Shown here piece by piece: positions 18,921 through 28,537 of a stretch of 64,000 nucleotides of DNA (the first letter of the stretch is position 1; each line of letters begins with the position of its first letter). The notes under the pieces were generated by a model. That model saw nothing but the letters and a program-made list of their open reading frames with translations. It did not search any database and was not told the origin of the DNA. The DNA comes from Candidatus Omnitrophota bacterium (GTDB lineage: Bacteria; Omnitrophota; Gorgyraeia; Gorgyraeales; Gorgyraeaceae). Location of the stretch: positions 3,812-67,811 of the forward strand of contig JBAZEP010000003.1 of assembly GCA_041653835.1 (NCBI GenBank), given 5' to 3'. The position numbers and the translations under genes are program-made.

Positions 18921-20030
18921 ATGAAAGTGTTGATCCAGTTCGAAAAAAAGCCGCTTCTTTTCGAGGATCCGGAATTTATAATAACGTGTTTTGACCCTTC
19001 CTTGTTCGCCGCTTGTTTCAATGATATAGAGAACGCGCTTAGGCGCGGGTATTATCTGGCGGGCTTCGTGTCTTATGAAGCGGGGTATTGCTTCGAAGAA
19101 AAACTTCGGGAAAACAAAAAATACGATTTTCCTCTCATCTGTTTCGGGGCTTATAAGCGTCCCGCCGGGCGCGGGCTCAAACCGCCCGCCGGCCTTTCCC
19201 TTGATACCTTTAAAAACCTCAGGTTAAATATCACACAGGATGATTATTTTTCGAATATAAATACCATACGCGATTACATAGCCGCGGGAGAGGTGTACCA
19301 GATTACCTATTGCGTAAAATTGCTGTTCGAATTCAGGGAGGACCCGTTCTCTCTTTATAACCTGCTTTTAAGGGAACAGCGCGTTCCTTATCCCGCGTAC
19401 ATAGAATCCGATAGCTTTCATATCCTTTCATGTTCACCGGAAATGTTCATCAAAAAAGAATCCACAAGGGCGATAACAAAGCCCATGAAGGGGACATGGC
19501 GCCGCGGCAATAACGCGATCTCCGATATCGCCTCGCGCGTGCGCTTTCAATACGACTCCAAGAATAGGGCGGAGAACGTAATGATAGCCGACCTTTTAAG
19601 GAATGACCTCGGCAGGATCGGTTCAGGTATAGATGCGCCCCGGCTTTTTGAAGTGGCGGGGTATAAGACATTGTTCCAGATGACATCCACTGTTACGGGC
19701 AGGCTGGAGAAAGACATAAACATTTACAAGCTGTTCGCGTCGCTTTTCCCCTCCGGCTCTGTTACAGGCGCGCCCAAGATACGCGCGATGCAGATTATAA
19801 AATCACTCGAGCGGGAAGAGCGCAGGATATATACGGGCGCTATCGGCTATATCACGCCCGCGAGAGACCTTTTCTTTAATATACCTATCCGCACCCTCTT
19901 GCTCCGCTCCGGGCATGGAGAGATGGGCATAGGCGGGGGCATAGTATGGGATTCCACCCCGGAAGGCGAATGGGACGAAGGTATGCTTAAGGCCAAATTT
20001 CTGATTGCATTAAAACCCGGGATGCTGTAA
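18921..20030 (+). CDS. pabB: chorismate-binding enzyme, aminodeoxychorismate synthase component I-like
   Basis: The chorismate-binding C-terminal domain (SPEMFIKK...GTWRRG...SGSVTGAPK...YTGAIGY) is present. Confidence 0.75.
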   Translation: MKVLIQFEKKPLLFEDPEFIITCFDPSLFAACFNDIENALRRGYYLAGFVSYEAGYCFEEKLRENKKYDFPLICFGAYKRPAGRGLKPPAGLSLDTFKNLRLNITQDDYFSNINTIRDYIAAGEVYQITYCVKLLFEFREDPFSLYNLLLREQRVPYPAYIESDSFHILSCSPEMFIKKESTRAITKPMKGTWRRGNNAISDIASRVRFQYDSKNRAENVMIADLLRNDLGRIGSGIDAPRLFEVAGYKTLFQMTSTVTGRLEKDINIYKLFASLFPSGSVTGAPKIRAMQIIKSLEREERRIYTGAIGYITPARDLFFNIPIRTLLLRSGHGEMGIGGGIVWDSTPEGEWDEGMLKAKFLIALKPGML

Positions 20031-20049
20031 AATTTATACATTCGACGAT

Positions 20050-20439
20050 ATGGCAGCACATTACATAGAAAAAAAGATATATTATCACGACACTGACGCG
20101 GGAGGCGTGGTCTATTACGCCAATTACCTCAGGCATCTTGAAGAAGCGAGGTCGGAATTCTGCCTCTCGAAAGGCGTAGATATCCCGGTTTACAGCCGCG
20201 AGGGCGTGCTGTTCCCGGTCGTGCGCGTGGAGATAGATTACAAGTCGCCCGCCAGGTACGGGGATGTCATCAGGATTTTTACCGCGATTGAGAAAATAGG
20301 TTTTTCCTCGATACGTTTCAGGCAGGAGATAAAAAAAGGGGAACTTACCCTGGTGAACGCGATGACGGTATTGGCGTGTGTCAACGAGGCAATGAAACCC
20401 ATAGCCATGCCGGACAGGATAAAAAAGGAGCTCGCATGA
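20050..20439 (+). CDS. acyl-CoA thioesterase, YbgC/4HBT family
   Basis: YYHDTDAGGVVYYANYLR hot-dog thioesterase motif. Confidence 0.8.
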   Translation: MAAHYIEKKIYYHDTDAGGVVYYANYLRHLEEARSEFCLSKGVDIPVYSREGVLFPVVRVEIDYKSPARYGDVIRIFTAIEKIGFSSIRFRQEIKKGELTLVNAMTVLACVNEAMKPIAMPDRIKKELA

Positions 20440-20909
20440 ACATATTCAATATATCGGAAATAGTGGAACTCGGGATAGAGAAAGAGAAGAAGAGAAGGGA
20501 TTTTTACAGCCTTTGCGCGGAGAGATTCAAGGGAAATAAAGAGATAGGGGAACTCTTCGGTAAATTAAGGGATTGGGAAGAAACTCACATCGAAAAATTC
20601 AGCGGCATAAAGGCTTCCATAAAAGAAGCGCCTGAGACAGAGAGTTATGAAGGCGAGATGAGTTCTTATATGCAGGCGCTCCTGGACGACAAGCTTTATA
20701 AAGAAGTCTCTCCTGAGAGATTCAGCGCCAGCGTAAAGACGGCGCTGGACGCTATTTCATACGGCATAGGGTTCGAGAAGGATTCCATTATATTTTTTAA
20801 CGAGTTGATAAATTTTACAGCGGACTCCAGGAAAGAGATCGTAAAGAAACTTATAGACGAGGAGAAACAGCATATTATCTATCTCGCGCTTTTGAAACAA
20901 AAGATATGA
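20436..20909 (+). CDS. ferritin-like/rubrerythrin-like domain protein
   Basis: Helical EExH-type spacing; this is a weak family call. The ATG at 20436 follows an AAGGAG RBS. Confidence 0.45.
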   Translation: MNIFNISEIVELGIEKEKKRRDFYSLCAERFKGNKEIGELFGKLRDWEETHIEKFSGIKASIKEAPETESYEGEMSSYMQALLDDKLYKEVSPERFSASVKTALDAISYGIGFEKDSIIFFNELINFTADSRKEIVKKLIDEEKQHIIYLALLKQKI

Positions 20910-22243
20910 AAGATCTGATCTGGAGATTTTTTAAACTCAAGGAGCTGGGCACTAATATACGCGTGGAGGTGGTGGCGGGCATCACCACTTTTATGACAAT
21001 GGCGTATATAATATTTGTGAACCCGGCCATGATCTCGCAGACAGGCATGGATTTCGGTTCAGCCATGGCAGCGACCTGTGTATCAGCCGCCATAGCCACT
21101 ATTATAATGGGATTGTACGCCAACTATCCTATCGCGCTCGCTCCGGGTATGGGTGAAAACGCGTTCTTTACCTACACCGCGTGTATTACGATGGGCATCC
21201 CGTGGCAGACCGCGCTCGGATGCGTTTTTATAAGCGGGCTCGTTTTTATAATATTGACGCTGGTCAGGATGAGGCAGTTATTGATCGAAGCGATACCCGC
21301 CTCTATGAGATACGGGATCGCGGCCGGCATAGGCCTGCTTATCGCTTTTGTCGGGCTTATGGATGCCGGGTTTGTCAAGGCGCATCCCGCGACCCTGGTC
21401 ACAATGGGCGATATCACAAGCCTTCCGTGTATCCTCGCGATGGCAGGGCTCGTGGTAACAGCTACGCTCCTGATCAAAAAGATCAAAGGGGCGATATTAT
21501 GGGGGATATTGATTACGGCGCTTATAGGCATGTTCCTGGGGGTGGTAAAATACCAGGGTGTTGTATCCGCCCCTCCTTCGATGGCTCCTACTTTTTTAAA
21601 AATGGACATCGCGGGGGCGTTCAACATGGGCCTTTTGTCCGTGATATTCATATTCTTGTTTATGGATCTTTTTGATACCGTAGGTACGCTCGCGGGCGTG
21701 GCGGAGATAGGCGGTTTTATGAAGGCGGGTAAACTGCCGCGCGCGGGAAAGGCATTGCTCAGCGACGCGGTAGGCACATGCGTGGGCGCGGCGTGCGGTA
21801 CTCCCACAGTAACGAGTTATGTCGAAAGCGCGTCAGGCGTAGCGAGCGGCGGCCGTTCAGGGCTGGCGAATATCGTGACAGGCATGGCGTTCCTGGCGGC
21901 TTTATTTTTCTTCCCGCTTATAAAAATGATAGGCGGCGGATATGTTACGAATAGCGGGGGGCTTCTCCACCCGGTTACCGCGCCGAGCCTTATAATAGTC
22001 GGAAGCATGATGCTGCGCTCGATAAATAAGATCGATTGGCATGATTACTCGGAGTCTATACCGGCGTTTTTGGTAATTTTGATAATGCCTTTCACTTTCA
22101 GCATCGCCACAGGCGTCGCGTTCGGTTTTATAAGTTACAGCGCCCTTAAGTTATTCACGGGCCGCGGCAGGGAAGTATCATGGTTTGTGTATCTTTTATC
22201 GGCGTTATTCATCCTGAGGTTTTTTTATCTAAAGTCTTTATGA
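20906..22243 (+). CDS. NCS2-family purine permease (AzgA/PbuG-like adenine/guanine/hypoxanthine permease)
   Basis: The N-terminus (ELGTNIRVEVVAGITTFMTMAYIIFVNP) and multi-TM topology fit the family. Confidence 0.8.
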   Translation: MKDLIWRFFKLKELGTNIRVEVVAGITTFMTMAYIIFVNPAMISQTGMDFGSAMAATCVSAAIATIIMGLYANYPIALAPGMGENAFFTYTACITMGIPWQTALGCVFISGLVFIILTLVRMRQLLIEAIPASMRYGIAAGIGLLIAFVGLMDAGFVKAHPATLVTMGDITSLPCILAMAGLVVTATLLIKKIKGAILWGILITALIGMFLGVVKYQGVVSAPPSMAPTFLKMDIAGAFNMGLLSVIFIFLFMDLFDTVGTLAGVAEIGGFMKAGKLPRAGKALLSDAVGTCVGAACGTPTVTSYVESASGVASGGRSGLANIVTGMAFLAALFFFPLIKMIGGGYVTNSGGLLHPVTAPSLIIVGSMMLRSINKIDWHDYSESIPAFLVILIMPFTFSIATGVAFGFISYSALKLFTGRGREVSWFVYLLSALFILRFFYLKSL

Positions 22244-22255
22244 GGAGGTGTTGAG

Positions 22256-22885
22256 ATGGGAATGTTCCAGTTGATTTCTAACGGCGGCGTCACAATGTAT
22301 GTCCTTATATTGTGTTCAATAATATCCATAGCCATTATAATAGAGAGGGTCTTGTATTATAACAGGCGGTCCAGGGTCAGGAGGGAAGATTTCATGACGG
22401 ATGTCAAGAACCAGCTGGCCCGGGATAATATAAGGCACGCGATGACCATGTGCGCGGGTATGTGTACCGACGCGAATACGCCGTTCGCCAATGTGATGTG
22501 CGCCGGCCTGAACGCTTACGGCAGGGGGGAGAAAGAGATATCGAGCGCCATGGAGAGGTGCATTGTCGTGGAGACTAATATGCTGAGCCGTTTCACGTCG
22601 GTAGTCGGCACCATAGGAAGCACCGCTGTCTATATAGGGCTTTTCGGCACGGTGCTCGGGATAATAAGGGCTTTTCATGACATCTCAAGGGCAGGTTCGG
22701 GCGGCATAAGCGTGGTCATAAACGGCATATCCGAGGCGCTGATATGTACCGCCGCGGGTTTATGCGTCGCGGTGCCCGCGGTTATCGCGTATAATTATTT
22801 TATAAAAAAGATAGATAATTTTGTGGCGGACATGGAGTTGTGCGCTTCCGAGACGCTGGATATTATTTCCAGCAAACAAAAATGA
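22256..22885 (+). CDS. exbB: MotA/TolQ/ExbB proton-channel family protein
   Basis: Three TM segments and a conserved C-terminal TM region (GLFGTVLGII). Confidence 0.8.
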   Translation: MGMFQLISNGGVTMYVLILCSIISIAIIIERVLYYNRRSRVRREDFMTDVKNQLARDNIRHAMTMCAGMCTDANTPFANVMCAGLNAYGRGEKEISSAMERCIVVETNMLSRFTSVVGTIGSTAVYIGLFGTVLGIIRAFHDISRAGSGGISVVINGISEALICTAAGLCVAVPAVIAYNYFIKKIDNFVADMELCASETLDIISSKQK

Positions 22886-23289
22886 ACACACGCCCTGCAA
22901 GACAAAGAGTGGTATCCGAGATAAACATAACGCCTTTTACCGACGTCATACTCGTTTTGTTGATAATATTCATGATAACCACGCCCCTGATCCTCCAGTC
23001 CAGCATAAAAGTGAATCTCCCTGAGGCGGCAAGCGGAAAGCCTTTTACGGGCGCCAGGCAGATAAACATAACCATCTCGAACGATAACGCGGTATATCTC
23101 GACAATAAACTTGTTACGAGAAAACAACTGCGCTCGGCTGTTGCGGCCGCCCACAAGGATAATCCTAACCTTGAGGTTATACTCTTTTCGGATAAGATGG
23201 TAAAATTCAGGAATATCGTGTCTGTTCTGGACGACCTTAATGAGTTAGGTATAAAGAACCTTAATATAGCCGCGAAAGTGGAACAATAG
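22882..23289 (+). CDS. exbD: ExbD/TolR biopolymer transport protein
   Basis: ITPFTDVILVLLIIFMITTP N-terminal TM segment. The gene overlaps the exbB stop codon. Confidence 0.8.
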   Translation: MNTRPARQRVVSEINITPFTDVILVLLIIFMITTPLILQSSIKVNLPEAASGKPFTGARQINITISNDNAVYLDNKLVTRKQLRSAVAAAHKDNPNLEVILFSDKMVKFRNIVSVLDDLNELGIKNLNIAAKVEQ

Positions 23290-23300
23290 GAGACATTGCC

Positions 23301-23579
23301 ATGAAAAAAGAGCTATCCTTTATAACGGTAATAGGCAAGGACAAAAAAGGCATTGTCGCGAAGATATCCAATCTTTTGTACAGGAATAATATAAATATCG
23401 AGGATATAAACCAGAAGGTAATAGAAGGACTTTTTGTGATGACTATGCTCGTGGATGTCGCCGGGTATAAACGTTCCATGCGGGAATTGAATTCGGCGCT
23501 CGAAAGAATAGGGAAAGAGCTGAAACTTAAGATACAATTACAGCACGAGAATATCTTTAAAATGATGCACAGGGTATGA
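23301..23579 (+). CDS. ACT-domain protein (UPF0237 family)
   Basis: ITVIGKDKKGIVAKIS ACT fold. It is paired with the UPF0210 gene downstream. Confidence 0.7.
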   Translation: MKKELSFITVIGKDKKGIVAKISNLLYRNNINIEDINQKVIEGLFVMTMLVDVAGYKRSMRELNSALERIGKELKLKIQLQHENIFKMMHRV

Positions 23580-23583
23580 TGAT

Positions 23584-24942
23584 ATGGCTATAACGGTAGA
23601 CGAGGTTTTTGAGACTTCCAGGATGATACTTTACCAGAACCTTGATATCAGGACGGTTACGCTTGGTATTAACCTGAAAGACTGCGTGGATTCCGATTTC
23701 AGGGCATTCAAGAAAAAGGTATATACCAAGGTCCTTAAAAACGGCTCTGTCCTGCTCAAGCAGGCGGAAAAACTGGAATTGAAATACGGTATCCCTATCG
23801 TGAATAAGAGGATATCCGTTACCCCCGTGAGTCTTATCATGGAGGCCCACCTGCGCAAAGACAGGTTTCTGGAGATGGCGCTTACGCTTGACAGGGCCGC
23901 GGATAACGCGGGCATTGATTTTATAGGAGGTTTCGGGGGCCTTTGCCAGAAAGGCATTACGCGTTCGGATAAAATGTTGCTCGAAGTCTTGCCGGATGTT
24001 TTGTCGAAGACGAGGCATGTATGTTCTTTCCTCAATGCCGGCTCGAACGTAAGCGGCATGAATCTAGACGCCGTGAACCTGCTGGGAGCGATGCTTAAAA
24101 AAACAGCGGCGAAGACCAGGAACGGTTCGGGCTGCGCGAGGTTTGTGGTGTTCGTGAACGCGCCCGAGGACAATCCTTTTATGGCAGGCGCTTTTCACGG
24201 CGTGGGGGAAGGGGATTTCGCCCTGAACATAGGCATAAGCGGCCCGGGCGTGGTAAGAAGCGTCGTGGAAAAAAACAAGGACTGCGGCCTGACAGAATTG
24301 TCCGAGGTGATAAAGAAGACGGTTTTCAAGATAACGAGGGCGGGCGAGCTCATCGGCAGGGAGCTCGCGGCGAACCTTAAAATCCCATTTGGTGTTGTGG
24401 ATATTTCACTGGCATCCACCACGAATAAAGGCGATTCCGTGGCGGATATAATAAAGGCGTTCGGCATCGAGAGTATAGGCGCTCATGGCTCCACGCTGGC
24501 GATAGCGCTGTTGATGGACGCCGTAAAAAAAGGCGGTGCAATGGCGAGCGGGAATGTGGGAGGCCTGAGCGGCACGTTCATACCTGTAAGCGAGGACATG
24601 GGCATGGTGGAAGCGGTAAAAAAGAAATCCCTCAGCCTGGATAAGCTGGAGGCCCTTACCGCTGTCTGTTCAGTAGGCCTGGACATGGTGGCGATACCCG
24701 GGGATACGCCGGAAGAAACCATAAACGCCATAATCGCGGATGAATTAAGTATAGGTATAGTGAATAATAAAACTACGGCTGTAAGGCTTCTGCCTATGCC
24801 CGGGAAAAAGCCCGGGGATGTGGTGAAACTCGGGGGCCTCCTGGGCGAGGCGCCTGTAATGAGCGTAAATAAATATTCTTCGAAGGATTTTATGAAAAGG
24901 GGCGGCAGGCTTCCCGCGCCTGTCACTAGCCTCCGCAACTAA
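23584..24942 (+). CDS. UPF0210 (DUF711) family protein
   Basis: The size and conserved N-terminus (NLDIRTVTLGINL) fit the family, and it is classically paired with UPF0237. Confidence 0.7.
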   Translation: MAITVDEVFETSRMILYQNLDIRTVTLGINLKDCVDSDFRAFKKKVYTKVLKNGSVLLKQAEKLELKYGIPIVNKRISVTPVSLIMEAHLRKDRFLEMALTLDRAADNAGIDFIGGFGGLCQKGITRSDKMLLEVLPDVLSKTRHVCSFLNAGSNVSGMNLDAVNLLGAMLKKTAAKTRNGSGCARFVVFVNAPEDNPFMAGAFHGVGEGDFALNIGISGPGVVRSVVEKNKDCGLTELSEVIKKTVFKITRAGELIGRELAANLKIPFGVVDISLASTTNKGDSVADIIKAFGIESIGAHGSTLAIALLMDAVKKGGAMASGNVGGLSGTFIPVSEDMGMVEAVKKKSLSLDKLEALTAVCSVGLDMVAIPGDTPEETINAIIADELSIGIVNNKTTAVRLLPMPGKKPGDVVKLGGLLGEAPVMSVNKYSSKDFMKRGGRLPAPVTSLRN

Positions 24943-24944
24943 CC

Positions 24945-24985
24945 CTAATGTCACATTTAAGACAGTGTCTTAAATGTGACATTAG
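24945..24985. repeat. 41-nt perfect palindrome (REP-like element), copy 1
   Basis: CTAATGTCACATTTAAGACA-G-TGTCTTAAATGTGACATTAG. It lies between convergent genes, 3 nt after the UPF0210 stop. Confidence 0.9.
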
Positions 24986-26773
24986 CTACCATTTTACAGT
25001 TACGCCTCCCTGTATCCACCTGCCGGGCTGTATGACGCCCGCGACTTCGCTGTAATCCGTATCCGTAAAATTATCTATTTTTATAAAAGGCTCTATGGTA
25101 GTTTTATTGTTTTTAAGCGCCCTGGAGATATGGATATTTCCTATGAAATATGTTTCCCCGAATTTTCTTTCGTTGTAGGAGAATTGCCATCCTATATTTA
25201 CGCCCCTGACCTCGTGCCCGAGCTCGAGAGTCAACTGGTGTTTTAAGATATCAAGGCCGTATTTAGACAGGAATCCCTCGTTATCTTTATCCGCTTCCAT
25301 GTAGGTATAAGAAAAAGAGGTTTCTTTGACGCATGCCCTTAATTCCACGCCTTTAAAATCCACCCTGCCGATATTGGATGCCTGCCAGACATCATTAGTG
25401 GTCGGTCTTGTATAATCTATAAGATTTTTAACCCTGCGCGTAAAGGCGTCGCATTCGATCTTGATGTTATCGCGGACAGCCGCCTCGAATCCGGCGCTGT
25501 AACTGTCTGATTTTTCAACCTCGAGATTGGGGTTTCCTTTATTGGCGGGGTCGGAATAATATAATTCGGTAAAACTAGGCCCCCTGAAGGCATGGCCGAA
25601 GGAAGATTTTATTTTAAGTTTATTGTCTATCAGCCAATAACCCAAGCCCGCGTCAAAAGAGTTCTGGTATGACCAGTTCTGGAAATGGTCGAGCCTGAAC
25701 CTGGCGGATGGCTCGAACTTATTGCCCGGATATGGGGCGAAACCCGCGAAACAGGCCTCGTTCATTCTCGTATTTTTGCCGAGGTTCGTGGAGTTTATCG
25801 TGTCCCTGGCTATTTCGAATCCGCTTTGTATCTCGCCGTATGTCATCGGCAAGTTTATCCCGGAATGGAACCCGTATGAATAAGAGGTATGCGTATTGCG
25901 GGAGAATTCAGGTTCATTTCTTTTCAGGATGAATTTATCATGGTGCCTGCGCAGGAAAACAGAATTTTTAAGGCCGTAAGAGCACATGTCCGAATCAACG
26001 CCTGTTTTTATAAATAATGTTTTGGTGTGTTCTTCCTCTTCATTGAAAAGATTGGAATAAAAACTGTCCGCCCCATAGTCTTTATCCTGGTAACCGGCTA
26101 AGAGGTCGAATGAATTATCCTGCCAGTCTTTATTGAACATATATGAATAGGTCTGGTAATCGAAGTCTGTATTGGGCCTGGCGCCGTTCGATGTCTTGTG
26201 CTCGAACGAGAAATTGCTGAAATGGTCTTTTTCCGGCATCGCGCAGGAAAACGCCTGCCCGTACAGCGCGTGTTCCCCGGCCAGTGTTTTTATAATCACG
26301 GATTTTTTTAAAGGCTTTTTGGTGACGATATTTATACCGCCTGCCAGCGCGCCCGCGCCGTACATAGAGGAAGAACCCTGCTTCATTACCTCGATCCTTT
26401 CTATATCCAGGCTGGTGAGGGGGATGTCCAGGTTGTAATGGCCTGTCTGCGGGTCGTTTATCCTTATGCCGTCTATGAGGATGGCTGACTGTTCGTAAGT
26501 GGCGCCTCTTATGGAGAGGTCTCCCTGCAGTCCGGAAACACCGCGGTAGCGGAGATCCACGCCCGGAACGCACTTTAAAATATCAGGAAGGGAGTCCGCG
26601 TGTTTTCCGGCGATGTCCTGGCTGCGTAGTGTCTGGCAGGGGTAGTTCCGGTTTTCATTCGCGGCGGGACCGCCCGTTACCACTATCTTTTCCAGTGTAT
26701 AGTCCTCGTCAGCGAAACAAGAGAGGCAGAATATCAGGTTTATCCCCGTTATAATAATCAGTCTCATGTCCAT
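24986..26773 (-). CDS. TonB-dependent outer-membrane receptor
   Basis: Signal peptide, plug domain (DSLPDILKCVPGV...IRGA) and beta-barrel repeats are present. Confidence 0.8.
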   Translation of the reverse strand: MDMRLIIITGINLIFCLSCFADEDYTLEKIVVTGGPAANENRNYPCQTLRSQDIAGKHADSLPDILKCVPGVDLRYRGVSGLQGDLSIRGATYEQSAILIDGIRINDPQTGHYNLDIPLTSLDIERIEVMKQGSSSMYGAGALAGGINIVTKKPLKKSVIIKTLAGEHALYGQAFSCAMPEKDHFSNFSFEHKTSNGARPNTDFDYQTYSYMFNKDWQDNSFDLLAGYQDKDYGADSFYSNLFNEEEEHTKTLFIKTGVDSDMCSYGLKNSVFLRRHHDKFILKRNEPEFSRNTHTSYSYGFHSGINLPMTYGEIQSGFEIARDTINSTNLGKNTRMNEACFAGFAPYPGNKFEPSARFRLDHFQNWSYQNSFDAGLGYWLIDNKLKIKSSFGHAFRGPSFTELYYSDPANKGNPNLEVEKSDSYSAGFEAAVRDNIKIECDAFTRRVKNLIDYTRPTTNDVWQASNIGRVDFKGVELRACVKETSFSYTYMEADKDNEGFLSKYGLDILKHQLTLELGHEVRGVNIGWQFSYNERKFGETYFIGNIHISRALKNNKTTIEPFIKIDNFTDTDYSEVAGVIQPGRWIQGGVTVKW

Positions 26774-26777
26774 TCCT

Positions 26778-26816
26778 TAAGGGAACATTTATGACAGTGT
26801 CATAAATGTTCCCTTA
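26778..26816. repeat. 39-nt perfect palindrome related to the REP-like family (ATGACAGTGTCAT core), copy 2
   Basis: TAAGGGAACATTTATGACA-G-TGTCATAAATGTTCCCTTA. It overlaps the RBS region of the receptor gene. Confidence 0.85.
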
Positions 26817-26863
26817 TTATATATGGCAGGGTGTATATTGTAAACTTAATTTTATATAGTAGT

Positions 26864-28033
26864 TTACAATTGCTTCTTTTCCAGGAACGCCAGAGTTTCT
26901 ATGTGAGGGGTATGGGGGAAAAAGTCAAAGGATTTGAGAGACTTTAAGGTGTATGACGCGTTCAGTATCTTTAAATCCCGGCTGAGGGTGGCGGGGTTGC
27001 AGGAAAGGTATAGTATCTTTTTTATGGGGCTGAGAAGGATCTGTTGGCAGAGCATATTATCCAGGCCTTTTCTCGGGGGATCTACTATTAGCGTATCGAT
27101 ACCGCGGGCCTGGGCGGAAAAGAATAACTTTTCGCAAGGGCCTTCGTAAATCCTGAAATTCCCGATCTTGTTAAGTTTCAGATTGCCCTTCAGGAAAGAT
27201 ATATTCGCGGGGTCGGATTCTATCCCGATAATTTCTTCAGCAAAATCACTTAACGATATCCCGAACGTGCCTATGCCGCAATAAAGGTCGGCTATAATTT
27301 CTTTTTTATCCCGGGACAGATATTTTCGCGTCTCTTTGAGGACGATATCGAGCATCGGGATGTTTATCTGAAAGAACGAACCAGGGCCTATCCTGAAAGT
27401 TTTCCCTGAGATTGTTTCTTCGATATACGGTTTACCCTGTATATTTTCTATTTTTCCAGGAGCATATGCCGTGGCCATCGTGTCTTTTGTGGTATGACTT
27501 TCCCTTATCTCTATTTCCTCGATAGAATCTAAATTGTCTCTATTGATTTTTTCGATAACCGATACAAGAAGGCCGTTGACGTTACGGCTGACAAGAAGGC
27601 ATTCGTTGCCCCATTCTATGAATTTATCCTGTGTTTCAGGCGCGTGATACGCGAGAGAAGCGCGCTTATCTTTCCGGATAACGCTCAGCCTGATCTTATT
27701 CCTGTATCCCCAGATCTCAGGAGAAGGCGTGATGGTAATGGGCATATCCGGAAAAATTTCTTTTAACTGCGATTCCTTGATAGAGAGCTGTGCTTTATAG
27801 TCAATATATTGATAAGGGCCGCATGATTTATAATGGCCGCAGCGGGGGACTGCCCTGAGGGGAGAAGGTTTTATTATTTTTACGGTCTTCGCCTCGATAT
27901 AGTTTTTCTTTTCTTTGACAATTTTTGCTTCTACGATTTCATTCGGGAGCCCTTCATCCGTTAGTATAGTTTTATTGTTTAGGACAGCCAGACTTTTGCC
28001 TGGATAGATGATTTTTTGGATAGTTATTTCCAT
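26864..28033 (-). CDS. rlmD: 23S rRNA (uracil-C5)-methyltransferase RlmD/RumA family
   Basis: TRAM-like N-terminus and SAM-methyltransferase motifs (DLYCGIGTF, VDPPRKG, LSCNPATLSRD). Confidence 0.8.
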   Translation of the reverse strand: MEITIQKIIYPGKSLAVLNNKTILTDEGLPNEIVEAKIVKEKKNYIEAKTVKIIKPSPLRAVPRCGHYKSCGPYQYIDYKAQLSIKESQLKEIFPDMPITITPSPEIWGYRNKIRLSVIRKDKRASLAYHAPETQDKFIEWGNECLLVSRNVNGLLVSVIEKINRDNLDSIEEIEIRESHTTKDTMATAYAPGKIENIQGKPYIEETISGKTFRIGPGSFFQINIPMLDIVLKETRKYLSRDKKEIIADLYCGIGTFGISLSDFAEEIIGIESDPANISFLKGNLKLNKIGNFRIYEGPCEKLFFSAQARGIDTLIVDPPRKGLDNMLCQQILLSPIKKILYLSCNPATLSRDLKILNASYTLKSLKSFDFFPHTPHIETLAFLEKKQL

Positions 28034-28107
28034 AACTGTTTAATATACCATAATTTGCTTTTATATAGAATAGATATATAGTAGAATAGAAAAAAACGGA
28101 GGCGGAT

Positions 28108-28404
28108 ATGAAAAAATGTCCTTTTTGCGCGGAAGAGATACAAGATGATGCAATAAAATGCAGGTATTGTGGAGAAAACCTGGAGAAGAAAAAAGGCAAA
28201 TGGTATTTTAGCATAACGACTTTTATCATAGCGCTTCTTTGCGTCGGGCCTTTTGCCCTGCCCCTATTATGGTTTAATCCGAAGTTTACACTGGTTAAGA
28301 AAATAGTCATAAGCGTCATAATCCTTATCCTGACCTATTTTTTAGCCGTTATGACGGCGCACAGCCTGACTTCTTTAAAGAATTATTATCAGTTGGTGCA
28401 ATGA
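28108..28404 (+). CDS. zinc-ribbon membrane protein
   Basis: CPFC...CRYC zinc ribbon followed by two TM helices. Confidence 0.5.
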   Translation: MKKCPFCAEEIQDDAIKCRYCGENLEKKKGKWYFSITTFIIALLCVGPFALPLLWFNPKFTLVKKIVISVIILILTYFLAVMTAHSLTSLKNYYQLVQ

Positions 28405-28429
28405 GGAGCAAAGCGGCGAATAACTAATT

Positions 28430-28504
28430 GCGCCTGTGGCCTAATGGATAGGGCACCAGCCTCCGGAGCTGGTCGTGCAGGTTCGATTCCTGCCAGGCGC
28501 ACCA
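28430..28504 (+). tRNA. tRNA-Arg (anticodon CCG), CCA encoded
   Basis: Cloverleaf with GCGCCTG/CAGGCGC acceptor stem, anticodon loop CTCCGGA and GTTCGATTC T-loop. Confidence 0.85.
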
Positions 28505-28537
28505 TGTAAGCTATGCATGCAGTGGCTGGAATAACGC

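Noticed and set aside
22840-22881. Upstream start at 22840 for exbD, and similar upstream starts given by the ORF track for pflA, glpK, miaA, the nucleotidyltransferase and GIY-YIG
   Set aside because: The track extends to the farthest in-frame start, often a GTG or TTG inside the upstream gene. Internal ATGs preceded by AGGAG-type RBSs and matching family N-termini were preferred.
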